A DNA stretch of 64,000 nucleotides from Deferribacterales bacterium (GCA_050253075.1 JBFWJS010000001.1:320001-384000), one strand, 5' to 3'. Counted from the stretch's first letter, positions 18,684 to 30,702 are shown. The notes: a model not told the origin generated them from the letters alone. Translations and numbers: made by a program.

Positions 18684-19892
18684 ATGAATATTATCGAAAG
18701 AATCGCTCCGCTCTTTGCAGAGTGCAACTTTCCTGTCTACATCTATTTGTCTGAAAGCGGGGAGTTCTACCAGCTTTTGGCCGATAAGCCTGAGCCCAAA
18801 CCCATGCCCGCAAATATGAAAGAACATTTATTGAACGACAGCGTTTACTATCAGTCGTTTAAAAAGGGCGACACATTCATGTATTTTTACTTTCTCCGTC
18901 TGAAATTGGGCGGTGAAAAGTTTGTCATAATGCTGAACTCCGACAAAGAGAGACAACACCTGAATTCCGTGGCGGATTCTATGTATACTCAGCTTCAGGA
19001 GCTCCAGCAGACCATGCAGGAGGAGCTGGACGAAGCGAACGAATCTGTCCAGATACTGCGTAAATCCAGACAGAAAATGCTGAAACTGGTGGACGGTCTC
19101 GTCATGCCTCTGTTCAGCATCACCCCTGAATATAACGTCCTCAACGTGAACAAAGAGCTGGCCGACCTGATAGGCATCTCACACATACCGTCCATACTGA
19201 ATAAGAAGTGCTACGAGGTCATCCACGGGCGTACCGAGCCTTGCGAATTCCGTCGGATGACAGAGATCATAAACGGCGAGGAGACCAGCGGACAAACCAT
19301 AGAACTGGACTACAACGGAAAGCATTTTATATTCGAGCACCACATGTTCCCCATCTATGCCCAGACAGGCGAGATGGACGAGGTGGGCGAGTTCATGATA
19401 GACGTAACAGAAAACTATAAAAATCTCGAACACATCGAAAAATATAAAGAAAAGATGATAAGCATCCAAAAGGCCGAGGTTGATAAGATCAATGAAATAG
19501 GCGAACTGAAAAAAGCCTATAAAGAACTCAGCAAAAACTATGACGACATGTTCACAAAGAATAAGAAGATGAGCCAGGCCTTAGAAAGGCTGATGGCCGA
19601 CAACAACGTGAATGAGCTCGTAAAGCTGCGTCAGGATGCCAGAGATGCAAAAAATAAGCTGGTGCGCTCTGCCACCGCCCTGAAAAACTTCCAGCATGCC
19701 CTTGAGCTTCAGCAGGAAAAGTATACGGAACTCAGCAAAAAGACCATCTATCAGATGGAAAGGCTGATAAACACCGTAAACAAAAAAAGCATGGTCACCG
19801 ACAACGATGTCAAGATCATACTAAAAACTGTCACTGAAGATGTTAAGGAGCTTCGTAAACAACTGAAAGTCACACCTCCGCCGGAAGAGTGA
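18684..19892 (+). CDS. PAS-domain and coiled-coil protein, function unknown
   Basis: Central PAS-like segment (VLNVNK...KKCYEVIHGRTEPC), flanked by heptad-rich regions; no output domain recognised. Confidence 0.6.
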   Translation: MNIIERIAPLFAECNFPVYIYLSESGEFYQLLADKPEPKPMPANMKEHLLNDSVYYQSFKKGDTFMYFYFLRLKLGGEKFVIMLNSDKERQHLNSVADSMYTQLQELQQTMQEELDEANESVQILRKSRQKMLKLVDGLVMPLFSITPEYNVLNVNKELADLIGISHIPSILNKKCYEVIHGRTEPCEFRRMTEIINGEETSGQTIELDYNGKHFIFEHHMFPIYAQTGEMDEVGEFMIDVTENYKNLEHIEKYKEKMISIQKAEVDKINEIGELKKAYKELSKNYDDMFTKNKKMSQALERLMADNNVNELVKLRQDARDAKNKLVRSATALKNFQHALELQQEKYTELSKKTIYQMERLINTVNKKSMVTDNDVKIILKTVTEDVKELRKQLKVTPPPEE

Positions 19893-19943
19893 CAAATAAT
19901 TAATAGAAACAGACTGAATTCCCCGTTATAATAAGAGCACTGA

Positions 19944-20966
<1,023 letters not shown>

Positions 20967-20970
20967 TACA

Positions 20971-22137
20971 ATGGCGAAAAGTATCAAAGATCTGAACATC
21001 AAGGGCAAAAGGCTCTTTATCCGTGTCGATTTCAACGTGCCTGTGAAGGACGGCGTTGTGAAGGACGACACACGTATCGTAGAAGCGCTCAAGACTATAC
21101 GCTATGCGAAAAACGAGGGTGCGAAGGTTATCCTTGCTTCCCATCTGGGCAGACCGAAAGGAGAAAGAGTGCCCGAAATGAGCCTCGAACCTGTTGCGAA
21201 ATACATCAGCGACAAGTTCTTCCCCTGTGCATTCGCAAGCGACTGTATAGGCAGTGAAGTTAAGGCGGCTATAGACGCTCTTTCAGGCGGCGACGTTATC
21301 CTTCTGGAAAACCTGAGATATCACAAAGGCGAGGAGAAGAACTTCCCTGAATTTGCATCCGAGCTGGCATCGCTGGCTGATGTTTATGTAAACGACGCTT
21401 TCGGCACATGCCACAGAAAGCACGCATCCACATACGGCATGGCGGAGCTTATGGATGAAAAGGCTGCGGGATTCCTCGTGGAGAAAGAGATTAAATACTT
21501 CGAAGGACTTCTGAAGAACCCTGCCCGTCCGTTCGGCGCTATCGTCGGCGGTGCTAAGGTCTCTGATAAAATTGGCGTCATAAAATCACTTATGGAGCTC
21601 GCCGATAAGATTTTCATCGGCGGAGCAATGGCATACACTTTCCTCAAACACGACGGACACACCATCGGAACTTCACTAGTGGAAGACGACCAGATGGACA
21701 TAGTGACAGAAGTGTACGCAACAGCGAAGCGCAAGAATGTTCAGATATTCCTGCCGGTCGACCATACTATCTCTATAGAGTTCAACGGCGCACCCCTTGA
21801 GTGCGGCGAAAAGGACATCCCTGAGGGATTCATGGGGCTGGATATCGGGCCTATGACCATAGACCTTTATGTGGACGAGCTGAATAAATGCAAAACAGTC
21901 CTCTGGAACGGGCCTATGGGCGTTTTCGAAAACCCTGACTATTCAAAGGGTACATTCGCAGTGGCGAATGCGCTCGGCTCAGGTGATGCCACTGTCGTGG
22001 TCGGCGGAGGCGATTCTGTCGCTGCCGTTAATCAGGCAGGCGTCGCAGACAGCATAGACCATATCTCAACAGGCGGCGGAGCATCCCTCGAGTACATCGA
22101 GTTTGGTCAGCTCCCGGGCATAGAGATACTCGGATAA
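20971..22137 (+). CDS. pgk: Phosphoglycerate kinase
   Basis: RVDFNVP, SHLGRPKG, GGAKVSDK, WNGPMGVFE, STGGGASLE. Confidence 0.97.
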   Translation: MAKSIKDLNIKGKRLFIRVDFNVPVKDGVVKDDTRIVEALKTIRYAKNEGAKVILASHLGRPKGERVPEMSLEPVAKYISDKFFPCAFASDCIGSEVKAAIDALSGGDVILLENLRYHKGEEKNFPEFASELASLADVYVNDAFGTCHRKHASTYGMAELMDEKAAGFLVEKEIKYFEGLLKNPARPFGAIVGGAKVSDKIGVIKSLMELADKIFIGGAMAYTFLKHDGHTIGTSLVEDDQMDIVTEVYATAKRKNVQIFLPVDHTISIEFNGAPLECGEKDIPEGFMGLDIGPMTIDLYVDELNKCKTVLWNGPMGVFENPDYSKGTFAVANALGSGDATVVVGGGDSVAAVNQAGVADSIDHISTGGGASLEYIEFGQLPGIEILG

Positions 22138-22147
22138 ATAAATAATA

Positions 22148-22186
22148 AGCCGGCGGCTGAGAATATCAGTCTGCCGGTTTTTTTTT
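22148..22186 (+). terminator. Rho-independent terminator after pgk
   Basis: AGCCGGC-GGCTGA..TCAGTC-TGCCGG followed by T9. Confidence 0.78.
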
Positions 22187-22589
22187 GGAGCTTGCCATTA
22201 ATAAAGTAGACGTTGTGGCTGCCGTCCTGCGTAAAGACGGCAAATTCTTTCTGGCTCAGCGTGCGGAGACTATGCATCTGGGCGGTCAGTGGGAATTCCC
22301 CGGGGGGAAGCTCGAAGAGGGTGAAACCCACGAAGAAGCGCTGAAAAGAGAGATAATGGAAGAGCTGTGCATAGAGATAAAGGTGGGAGAGCTCATGGGC
22401 GAAGCGGTGCATGAATATCCCGAACGCAACAGAATAGTCCACCTGTATTTCTATGCGGCAGAGCACACAGACGGTGTGATAACACTGGTGGAGCATCAGC
22501 AGATGAAATGGCTGGAAAAGAATGAGCTCAAAACCGTAGATATAGCAGAAGCAGACAGAGCGTTCATAGAGTTCCTGATAGTTAATTAG
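22185..22589 (+). CDS. MutT/NudG-like NUDIX hydrolase (start uncertain: TTG 22185 or ATT 22197)
   Basis: WEFPGGKLEEGETHEEALKREIMEEL Nudix box. Confidence 0.88.
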   Translation: MELAINKVDVVAAVLRKDGKFFLAQRAETMHLGGQWEFPGGKLEEGETHEEALKREIMEELCIEIKVGELMGEAVHEYPERNRIVHLYFYAAEHTDGVITLVEHQQMKWLEKNELKTVDIAEADRAFIEFLIVN

Positions 22590-22649
22590 CTTTACAATTT
22601 ATACCGAATTGGTGTATTGATAATAAAATACTACTCAAAATGGTAACCA

Positions 22650-24503
22650 ATGGCCCATATTAAAAAACCGGGTATCAACAAGATACTGCTGAGAACCTTA
22701 TTATTGTTTTCCCCTTTCTTTATACTTTCAGTAGTCACTCTCCTATTCTTTCTGTCCATATACATAAAGCTGGATATGCAGAATATATCCAGATCCCAGA
22801 AGCTGATACTGGAACTGCAGAAGAAGAAGATGGGGAACAGCTTTAACGAAATATTCGCAGATATAAAATTCCTAGCCGATACGGACATAGTAAAGAACTA
22901 CTGCTCCGGCGCACACGACCATAAGAGTGAGCTGCAGGAACTGCTCTATTACTTCATCAAAAACAAAAGGGTCTACGACCAGATACGCATACTGGATGCC
23001 GAAGGGATGGAAGCCGTACGCCTGAACTATAACAACGGATACCCCGAATATGCCCATGAAGACAGACTTCAGGATAAATCCGACAGATACTATTTCCAAA
23101 GTGCTAAAGATCTTTCCCCGAATACTGTATATATATCTCCCATCGACCTTAATCAGGAATTCGGTCATATAGAACTGCCTGAGAAGCCTATGATACGCTT
23201 TGTGCTCCCCCTGCGGAACGCAAACGGTGCAAATACAAGCTATCTCGTCTTTAACTACAATGCAAAGCAGCTGCTCGACGGCATAAGAGACCACGAGTCG
23301 ATATCCTATGGTCTGATAATGCTGCTGAATAAGGAATCCCAGTGGCTCGTCTCCAGCGACAGATCACATGAGATGGCCTTCGTCAAAGGCGACACCACAG
23401 GCTTTAAAGACAAATATCCGGAGATATGGCAGCAGATGTACCTCACAGAACAGGGGAACCTGTCTAACCCCGACGGATACTTTTACTACACGACGCTGCG
23501 CCCCGTGCCCACACTCGCCAGTGAAAATTCAGACACGATAGACCTCACGCTCTCCACAGAGCTGAAATATAAACCCGCCAGCTACGAATGGAAGCTGGTC
23601 ACATATGTGCCTCAGTATTACCTGGAGCTGCGATACGATCAGGTGTCAAACTTCGCATACATCGTATTCGCAATGGTAAACTTCGCATTCCTCACTGCGT
23701 CATTCGCAATCGCATTTATAAGGATAAATGCACGCTATAAAGACGCCGTTTATAAAAACATGCTGGAAGAATATGTCGAAGAGCTTAAGCGTAAGCGAGG
23801 CGAACTGCAGAAACAGGTAACAGAGACTCAGGAGCTTGTACACATCCTCTGTCACGACCTTGTGAACCCTATCGGATGCGCCACAGGCATGCTCGAGATA
23901 TATTATAACGAGCCCGAAGAGGAATACAGAACAATAGTAGATGAATCACTCGAACAGGCTATGGATATAGTGAACCTCGTGCGCACCATGCGTGCCATCG
24001 AAAGCGGAAAGAAGCAGTTTACCCTTGAGCCCGTGAACCTGCACAATGCTATGAAAAAGTCTAAAATGCTTCTTAATCAACGATTTATAGACAAAGACAT
24101 TAAGCTGAATGTTGATGTGGATGAAAGCCTGAATGTAATGGCCGACCCTGCATCGCTCATAAACTCTGTCATAAACAACCTGCTGACAAACGCTCTGAAG
24201 TTTTCTTACAGCGGAAGCAGCATAGACGTCTCCGCAGAAAAACATGGGGACAAGGTCATCATGACCGTGCGTGACTACGGCAAAGGCATGCCCGACATCA
24301 TCGCCGAAAACATCTTTAACCCCGTAAAACCTACTAACAGGCAGGGAACAGACGGAGAAACAGGGACGGGCTTTGGTCTGCCTCTGGTCTATAAATTTGT
24401 GAATGTATACGGTGGAACTATCCGTGTGGAATCCGTGGAGCAGAAGGATGACTCTGTGAACCACGGCACAGCCATGATACTCACATTCAATTCTGCCGAC
24501 TGA
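22650..24503 (+). CDS. Sensor histidine kinase with periplasmic Cache domain
   Basis: TM-Cache (YDQIR, DKSDRYYF, KPMIRF)-TM; CHDLVNP H-box, NLLTNALKF, DYGKG, GTGFGL. Confidence 0.9.
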   Translation: MAHIKKPGINKILLRTLLLFSPFFILSVVTLLFFLSIYIKLDMQNISRSQKLILELQKKKMGNSFNEIFADIKFLADTDIVKNYCSGAHDHKSELQELLYYFIKNKRVYDQIRILDAEGMEAVRLNYNNGYPEYAHEDRLQDKSDRYYFQSAKDLSPNTVYISPIDLNQEFGHIELPEKPMIRFVLPLRNANGANTSYLVFNYNAKQLLDGIRDHESISYGLIMLLNKESQWLVSSDRSHEMAFVKGDTTGFKDKYPEIWQQMYLTEQGNLSNPDGYFYYTTLRPVPTLASENSDTIDLTLSTELKYKPASYEWKLVTYVPQYYLELRYDQVSNFAYIVFAMVNFAFLTASFAIAFIRINARYKDAVYKNMLEEYVEELKRKRGELQKQVTETQELVHILCHDLVNPIGCATGMLEIYYNEPEEEYRTIVDESLEQAMDIVNLVRTMRAIESGKKQFTLEPVNLHNAMKKSKMLLNQRFIDKDIKLNVDVDESLNVMADPASLINSVINNLLTNALKFSYSGSSIDVSAEKHGDKVIMTVRDYGKGMPDIIAENIFNPVKPTNRQGTDGETGTGFGLPLVYKFVNVYGGTIRVESVEQKDDSVNHGTAMILTFNSAD

Positions 24504-24505
24504 TA

Positions 24506-27214
24506 TTAATCTGCTTTATTTATCTGAAGAGTAATGGTGAATACGGCGTGACCGTCGTCATTGCCTGCGGATATCTTCCCTTCCATGTGCTCTTCCACTA
24601 TGTTTCTGCATATGTAGAGACCTATTCCTGAGCCGTCGCTCCCTTTTGTGGTCACATACGGCTCGAATATCTTCTCAGGGAGCAGTTCGGGTTTTATCCC
24701 GCCGCCGTTATCGATGAAAATTATTCTGCCTTCTGCGCCGTCATTTTCAAATCTTATTACGATGGACTTATCTTCTATATCATCCCTGCTGCCGAGTGCG
24801 TCATTGGCATTATTAAGGATGTTCAGGCATACCTGCTTGAATTCATTCTTAAGGTTATAAACAGAAAAATCGTTATCCGACCCTTCGAGTTTAAAAGAGA
24901 CTCTGTTCTTCATAAAGTTTTTGTCAATGAGGGTGTGTACCTCTTCGATAACATCCTTCACGCTGAACTGCGATCTATGCTTGCTCTGTTTATAATATCC
25001 TGCGAAGTCGGATATTGTCTGCGCCAGGAAGGTATTGTTCTGTATCAGTATTTCAAGGTCGTTCAGAACTTCTTCGGGGTTACATTCGCCTTCCTGTATG
25101 TCGTCTCTGATGGTCTGCGCAACCAGAGATATGACATTCAGCGGCTGTTTCCACTGATGGATGATGATGTTGATAAGTGCGCCTATCTCCGCCATGCGTG
25201 CCTGCTTGTTGATGATCTCGAGCACTCGTTCACGCTCTTCGTTCTGTTTCAGCTCTTCCGTGATATCGTCTATGACCACCAGCACGGATATCACATCGCC
25301 TTTGTAGTCCAGCACGGGTATCCTGCTGGTTCTGGCTGTATATGTCAGCCCCTGCATAGGTTTGTATTCGGTCACGACATTCTTTATAGGCATCTTGCTG
25401 CGGACGACTTCTCTGTCCTGCTCATAGTAGGCGTCGCTAAGGTAGAGCTCGTTGACGGTCCTGCCTATCAGCAGGTCTTTATCGCTGTGTAGTGAATCTG
25501 CCGCTTTTTCATTCAGAGTGATTACCCTGTCTTTGGTATCCTTCAATATAATGGACAGAGGTATGCTGTCTAGGATCTGTTCGATGTCTCTCTTCTGGTC
25601 TCTCAGCTCGGCAAACATGTCGTGGAGCTGTTCTGCCATTTCATGAAAGTTTTCCTGTATCTCTACGGCCTCTTTGATATAAGATTTCGGCCATCTGAGA
25701 GTATCCCCTGCATTGATCTTCATCGGCAGGTCTTTCGTGCGCTCTGCTATCACCTTCAGCTGTTTTGTGATCCTCAGACTGAGCAGATAAGCAAATATTA
25801 CGGCGATCAGTATCATAGTAAACACTATAAAGAGGGCACGCCTGGCGGATGTGTGCATATAACTCACCAGATTGTCCAGAGGCAGGTCTGTCACCAGCCT
25901 GAAGCCTGTCATGGTGTCTATATCCACGCTCTTGGTATAAAGAGAGTTATTCCACCTCATCATAACAGAGAGGTTCGCCTTTGGAGGCGGTGCGTATTGG
26001 TATATACCGTTGACCGTCATCTTTGTCATTGAGCCGGATATGTTTCTGTCAATCCACTGCTCGCCGGATTTCATCTTATCCGATGTGCTGAAAATGACGT
26101 TTCCGTTTCTGTCCAGTAGTGTTAGAAGTATCTTTGATTCGCCTGTCATGCGTGACAGCATTCTGCTGATGTATTCAAAGTCTATTGCGACTCTTATATA
26201 GTTCAGCACTTTACCCGTGCCGTCCTTTACGCTGCTGAGTATGAAGATGACGGTTCTTTCCCCGCCGTTTTCCTCAAAGACTTTAACAGGGGAAACATAA
26301 GGATCACTCCCTGTCCACTCGCCAAAGCTCATCCCCTGATCGATGATATCCTTTCTGGCATCCATCTTTTCAGGGTCGCTGCAGAGTATTACATTCAGGT
26401 CTTTATCAAGTAGTGCGATGTTTTCAATATATTCATGCACAGTTTTAAACTGTTTATATTCTTCCACCAGTCTGAATGGTTCGTCGCTTATGATGTAGTG
26501 ATTGTTTGTAAGCCCTTTGATCAGCTCCATCTGCCAGATGTTGTCTTGTATGAACTCCTCGATGCTGATGCTGACAGATCTGGATGTCTGGTTCAGCCCT
26601 CTGAACATCCCTTCGGATACATATCTCTTATTAGTAGATATACTGGTCATGATGTATACCATCATAGGAACAAGGAAGACGACCAGCACTGTCTGGAATA
26701 TCATGTGCTGATACGATATATGCATTTCGACTTTGCGTATTTTGATCTTATAAAGTCTGTAAAGGTCATAGAGCACGGCAGCAGCAAGGGCTGAGATAAC
26801 GCCGTTCACCGTCTGCTTCATCATGATGAGCAGAGTGGAATCGAGCTTCATACCCATTACCAGATGGTATGTGACAAATATTATAGGTATACCGCCGACT
26901 ATCCAGTATGCGAGGTCTGTGGCGACCGTATTTTTTATCCTAGCTCTGAAATGTGCGACAAAGGCGGTTTCTGCCGTATAAATGATAATTGCGTATGGGT
27001 GGTTCCAGAGAACATATGTATATGTGCCGGCGATAAATCCGACGATGATGCCGTAGTATCCGTATATGCGCACCGCAAGGATTGCGAAGATACTGCCGAA
27101 GATGATATCTACGTTAAAGAAAAGCTCATACTTTAATGAGTTCCCGTAAAACCCCAATACTGACAACAGTATGAGAAAAACGATGGAACCGGGTTTCAGT
27201 TTTGTTTCCGTCAT
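24506..27214 (-). CDS. Multi-TM sensor histidine kinase with Cache-like and PAS domains
   Basis: N-terminal multi-TM block, periplasmic domain, PAS, IIHQWKQPL H-box, NILNNA, DNGGG, FEPYVTTK, GSGIGL. Confidence 0.9.
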   Translation of the reverse strand: MTETKLKPGSIVFLILLSVLGFYGNSLKYELFFNVDIIFGSIFAILAVRIYGYYGIIVGFIAGTYTYVLWNHPYAIIIYTAETAFVAHFRARIKNTVATDLAYWIVGGIPIIFVTYHLVMGMKLDSTLLIMMKQTVNGVISALAAAVLYDLYRLYKIKIRKVEMHISYQHMIFQTVLVVFLVPMMVYIMTSISTNKRYVSEGMFRGLNQTSRSVSISIEEFIQDNIWQMELIKGLTNNHYIISDEPFRLVEEYKQFKTVHEYIENIALLDKDLNVILCSDPEKMDARKDIIDQGMSFGEWTGSDPYVSPVKVFEENGGERTVIFILSSVKDGTGKVLNYIRVAIDFEYISRMLSRMTGESKILLTLLDRNGNVIFSTSDKMKSGEQWIDRNISGSMTKMTVNGIYQYAPPPKANLSVMMRWNNSLYTKSVDIDTMTGFRLVTDLPLDNLVSYMHTSARRALFIVFTMILIAVIFAYLLSLRITKQLKVIAERTKDLPMKINAGDTLRWPKSYIKEAVEIQENFHEMAEQLHDMFAELRDQKRDIEQILDSIPLSIILKDTKDRVITLNEKAADSLHSDKDLLIGRTVNELYLSDAYYEQDREVVRSKMPIKNVVTEYKPMQGLTYTARTSRIPVLDYKGDVISVLVVIDDITEELKQNEERERVLEIINKQARMAEIGALINIIIHQWKQPLNVISLVAQTIRDDIQEGECNPEEVLNDLEILIQNNTFLAQTISDFAGYYKQSKHRSQFSVKDVIEEVHTLIDKNFMKNRVSFKLEGSDNDFSVYNLKNEFKQVCLNILNNANDALGSRDDIEDKSIVIRFENDGAEGRIIFIDNGGGIKPELLPEKIFEPYVTTKGSDGSGIGLYICRNIVEEHMEGKISAGNDDGHAVFTITLQINKAD

Positions 27215-27354
27215 ATCAAAATAAAGCCCTAAAATAGCCCGCCTATTGCTTATATTACTACAAAATCTACGGGACTATACAATACACAGGAACGTTTGTA
27301 TATAGAATAATTGTTATTTTAAATTGTTTGTAATTGACTAATAGTTATAAATAA

Positions 27355-28092
27355 CTAGTCGTTTTCGTGTATATTTTTATAAACTGCAAACTGTTTTGCA
27401 ATTCTTCCGCTTCGCCCTCCTCTATCCATAGCATAAACTTCGGCATCTCTTTCCCATCCGTCGTAAAGCGGTATTTCGAATATTTTCAGATAATTTTCCA
27501 CAATTTTGAGATAATCTTTTTTGATTATCGGATAAAAACCTATCGTAAGACCGAATCTGGCAAACAGAGATGTCTTTTCGTTTTCGTCGTCTCTGTCGTA
27601 AAGGTCACCCGTGTCGGCGGCCTTTTCGGTTATCATGTGTCTTTTGTTTGATGTCGCAACGAATATGCAGTTTTTCGGAACTTCCTCCAGACCGCCTTCC
27701 AGCACAGACTTAAACATCCTGTAGAGGATATCGTTTGCATCGAATGATATGTCATCTAAATATATCATAACATATCTTTTATCCATTTTCCGTATTTCCG
27801 CATAGAGATCATAGATAGAGAGCACATCTTCGTTGCGGAACTCGACCGCTGTCAGCCCCTTCTGAGCATATTCATGCAGCATCAGCTTCACTATAGTAGA
27901 CTTACCCAGCCCTCTTTCGCCCCATAGCAGCATGTTCAGAGCGGGCTTTCCGCTGACGAATGCTTTGATATTCTTCTCTGTCAGGTCTATCTGCCTGTCT
28001 ATGGAGACAAGGTCGCTCCGTTTAACAGGGTCAACATGCTCTATCTGCACCAGACCGCCGCTAACCCATCTATATGCGTGTATAAGGCTCAT
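27355..28092 (-). CDS. DUF815 family AAA+ ATPase
   Basis: LWGERGLGKS Walker A, YLDD, KSVLEGG, ATSNKRH, SLFARFG, RSGRIAKQF. Confidence 0.85.
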   Translation of the reverse strand: MSLIHAYRWVSGGLVQIEHVDPVKRSDLVSIDRQIDLTEKNIKAFVSGKPALNMLLWGERGLGKSTIVKLMLHEYAQKGLTAVEFRNEDVLSIYDLYAEIRKMDKRYVMIYLDDISFDANDILYRMFKSVLEGGLEEVPKNCIFVATSNKRHMITEKAADTGDLYDRDDENEKTSLFARFGLTIGFYPIIKKDYLKIVENYLKIFEIPLYDGWERDAEVYAMDRGGRSGRIAKQFAVYKNIHEND

Positions 28093-29070
28093 TTACTCAG
28101 CCTTAAGAGCTTTGGCAGCCTCTTTTGCATAGTATGTAAGGATGATGTCTGCGCCGGCACGCTTTATAGACATAAGGGACTCCATCATTGCCCTGTGTCC
28201 GTCCAGCCAGCCCATCTTATCCGCTGCCATTATCATGCTGTATTCACCGCTTACGTGGTATGCGGCTACGGGTCTGTCAAAGTTTTCTTTCAGGTCGCTG
28301 ATGATGTCGAGGTATGGGAGAGCAGGTTTCACCATGATGATGTCTGCGCCTTCCATTATGTCGAGCTCAGTCTCTTTCAGAGCTTCACGTCTGTTTGCAG
28401 GGTCCATCTGATATGTCTTTCTGTCGCCGAATGACGGTGTTGATTCTGCCGCTTCACGGAAAGGACCGTAGAAAGCCGAGCAGTACTTCGCAGAGTAGCT
28501 CATTATAGGCACATCTTCGAATCCGTGGTCGTCGAGTATCTCACGGAGCACGTCTACACGTCCGTCCATCATATCACTCGGAGCAACAACATCCGCCCCC
28601 GCCTTAGCATGTGTCAGAGCTTCCGCTGCGAGGTGCTTCAGTGTCTCGTCATTGTCCACATCTTCGCCTTTCAGTATGCCGCAGTGGCCGTGATCTGTGT
28701 ATTCACACATGCACACGTCCGTCATGACGAGGAGCTTCTTGCATTCTTTTTTGATAGCACGGATAGCTTTCTGCACTATGCCGTCTTCGTTATATGCTTC
28801 GGAGCCGTGGGCATCTTTAAATGCAGGAATGCCGAAAAGGATAACTGCGGGGATGCCGAGCGCCTCGACCTCTTTGCACTCCTCCACCAGCACATCCACG
28901 GACATCTGGTAAACATCGGGCATGGAGCCAACGGGCTTTTTGACCCCTTCGCCTTCACACACGAAGAGCGGGTATATAAAATCGCTTGCGGAGAGTGTTG
29001 TCTCTCTCACCATGCTTCTCATTGTTGCGTTTTTTCTCAGTCTTCTGGGTCTGTCCACAGGAAAAGCCAT
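28093..29070 (-). CDS. hemB: Porphobilinogen synthase
   Basis: [43 protein letters not shown]. Confidence 0.97.
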   Translation of the reverse strand: MAFPVDRPRRLRKNATMRSMVRETTLSASDFIYPLFVCEGEGVKKPVGSMPDVYQMSVDVLVEECKEVEALGIPAVILFGIPAFKDAHGSEAYNEDGIVQKAIRAIKKECKKLLVMTDVCMCEYTDHGHCGILKGEDVDNDETLKHLAAEALTHAKAGADVVAPSDMMDGRVDVLREILDDHGFEDVPIMSYSAKYCSAFYGPFREAAESTPSFGDRKTYQMDPANRREALKETELDIMEGADIIMVKPALPYLDIISDLKENFDRPVAAYHVSGEYSMIMAADKMGWLDGHRAMMESLMSIKRAGADIILTYYAKEAAKALKAE

Positions 29071-29083
29071 ATCGTGTCTCCTT

Positions 29084-29767
29084 TTAACTAAGTTCTTTTA
29101 TTAATTTTACCATCCAGTCCAGGGTGAAATCATCAGGATATCTGCTGTCGTGTCCTAAATGTCTCACTTCGTCCGCCGTAGTCTTTCCTATACTGACAAT
29201 CTGCTGTGATACATGTTCCACATTTTCAAGCATAGCTTTTGCGGCGGATGGGGATGCGAATGTTATTATGTCTATCTCGTTATCTTTGAGAAATTTGTCT
29301 ATGTGCCCTTCGGGGTATGTCACCTGTCTGGTCTGATATGTGGTGACCATGCTGACTTTTGCGCCCCTGCTTTTGAGGTATTCGTGGAAGTCTCCCGCAC
29401 GGGTCTTCGCACCGGGGAAGAGAAACTTTTTGTCCTCTACTTCCTTATCTGCGAAAAGCTCCTTCATCCCTTCGGCTGAAAATGTCTCGGGCATTATGTC
29501 TGCCTTTATCCCCATCTCCAGCAGGGCATCTGCCGTTGCGGGTCCGACGGCAACTATATTCTCGATGAGCACCTTATTTACATAGGGTTTGAAAAATTTG
29601 ACGGCATTTATACTGGTAAAGACGCCGTAGTCATACTCGCCGGAGATAATGGCGGGCACAGCCGCACACTCTATCATCGGCAGGCTGAAAGGTGTCAGCC
29701 CGAAGGCCTCCAGCTTATCGGCAAATACCTGATATTTCTCCTCTTCTCTTGTGACGAGCACGTTCAT
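29084..29767 (-). CDS. hemD: Uroporphyrinogen-III synthase
   Basis: VLVTR, FTSINAV, VGPATA, FASPSA, IGKTTA; hem operon context. Confidence 0.9.
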   Translation of the reverse strand: MNVLVTREEEKYQVFADKLEAFGLTPFSLPMIECAAVPAIISGEYDYGVFTSINAVKFFKPYVNKVLIENIVAVGPATADALLEMGIKADIMPETFSAEGMKELFADKEVEDKKFLFPGAKTRAGDFHEYLKSRGAKVSMVTTYQTRQVTYPEGHIDKFLKDNEIDIITFASPSAAKAMLENVEHVSQQIVSIGKTTADEVRHLGHDSRYPDDFTLDWMVKLIKELS

Positions 29768-29771
29768 ATGC

Positions 29772-30698
29772 TTAGTCTGCCTGAGAGTATATCTCTTCCA
29801 GTATCTCTTTCGCTCCGGCTGCGAGAACCTTCTCCGCCAGCTCCAGTCCGAGCTGTTCGGAGTCCGCTGCCTTGCCTTCGATAACCTGTTCGATGAATGT
29901 CTTGCCTGCGAGGTCGGCGACGATGCCTTTCATGCATATTCTATCGCCTGTGATGACAGAATGTCCTGCGATAGGCGCCTGACATCCGCCCTCAAGCCTG
30001 CGGAGGAAAGCACGCTCCATCTTCACACGTGTCTCTGTCTCAGGGTCTTTGAGGAATTTCAGCAGTTCCTTCATCTCTGTGTCGTTCTCTCTGATCTGCA
30101 TACCGAGAGCACCCTGACAGCAAGCGGGGAGCATCTCTTCCGTTGTGAAGGTCTGCTTTACCCTGTGTCCGAACTCGAGGCGGACAAGGCCTGCTTTCGC
30201 AAGGATGATAGCGTCGTATTCGCCCGCTTCCAGTTTTGCGAGGCGGGTGTTCACGTTTCCTCTCAGGTCTTTGATGACCAGGTCGGGACGCAGTCTCATG
30301 AGCTGAAGTTTTCTTCTGAGGGAGCTTGTGCCGACGATTGCGCCGTTTGGCAGGTCGGACACTTCATTATATTTTTCAGAAACAAAGCAGTCGTACGGAG
30401 TCTCACCCTCGGGCGATGCGTAAAGCTCGAGCCCCTCAGGCATTTCCATAGGCACATCCTTCATACTGTGTACGGCGATGTCTGCCTGTCCGTCGATAAG
30501 CGCCTGCTCGATCTCTTTAACAAAGAGACCTTTACCGCCTATCTTTGCCAGCGGCACATCGAGGATCTTGTCCCCTTTGGTCTTGATGATGTTCAGCTCC
30601 ACTTCGACACCGTGTTCTTTCTGAAGACGGTGTCTGGTGTAATAAGCCTGCCAAAGTGCAAGGTTGCTTCCTCGTGTCGCTATAACTACTTTTTTCAT
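29772..30698 (-). CDS. hemC: Hydroxymethylbilane synthase
   Basis: ATRGSNLALWQA, GKGLFVKE, AVHSMKD, GTSSLRR, RGNVNTRL, GGCQAP. Confidence 0.97.
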   Translation of the reverse strand: MKKVVIATRGSNLALWQAYYTRHRLQKEHGVEVELNIIKTKGDKILDVPLAKIGGKGLFVKEIEQALIDGQADIAVHSMKDVPMEMPEGLELYASPEGETPYDCFVSEKYNEVSDLPNGAIVGTSSLRRKLQLMRLRPDLVIKDLRGNVNTRLAKLEAGEYDAIILAKAGLVRLEFGHRVKQTFTTEEMLPACCQGALGMQIRENDTEMKELLKFLKDPETETRVKMERAFLRRLEGGCQAPIAGHSVITGDRICMKGIVADLAGKTFIEQVIEGKAADSEQLGLELAEKVLAAGAKEILEEIYSQAD

Positions 30699-30702
30699 AA
30701 GT

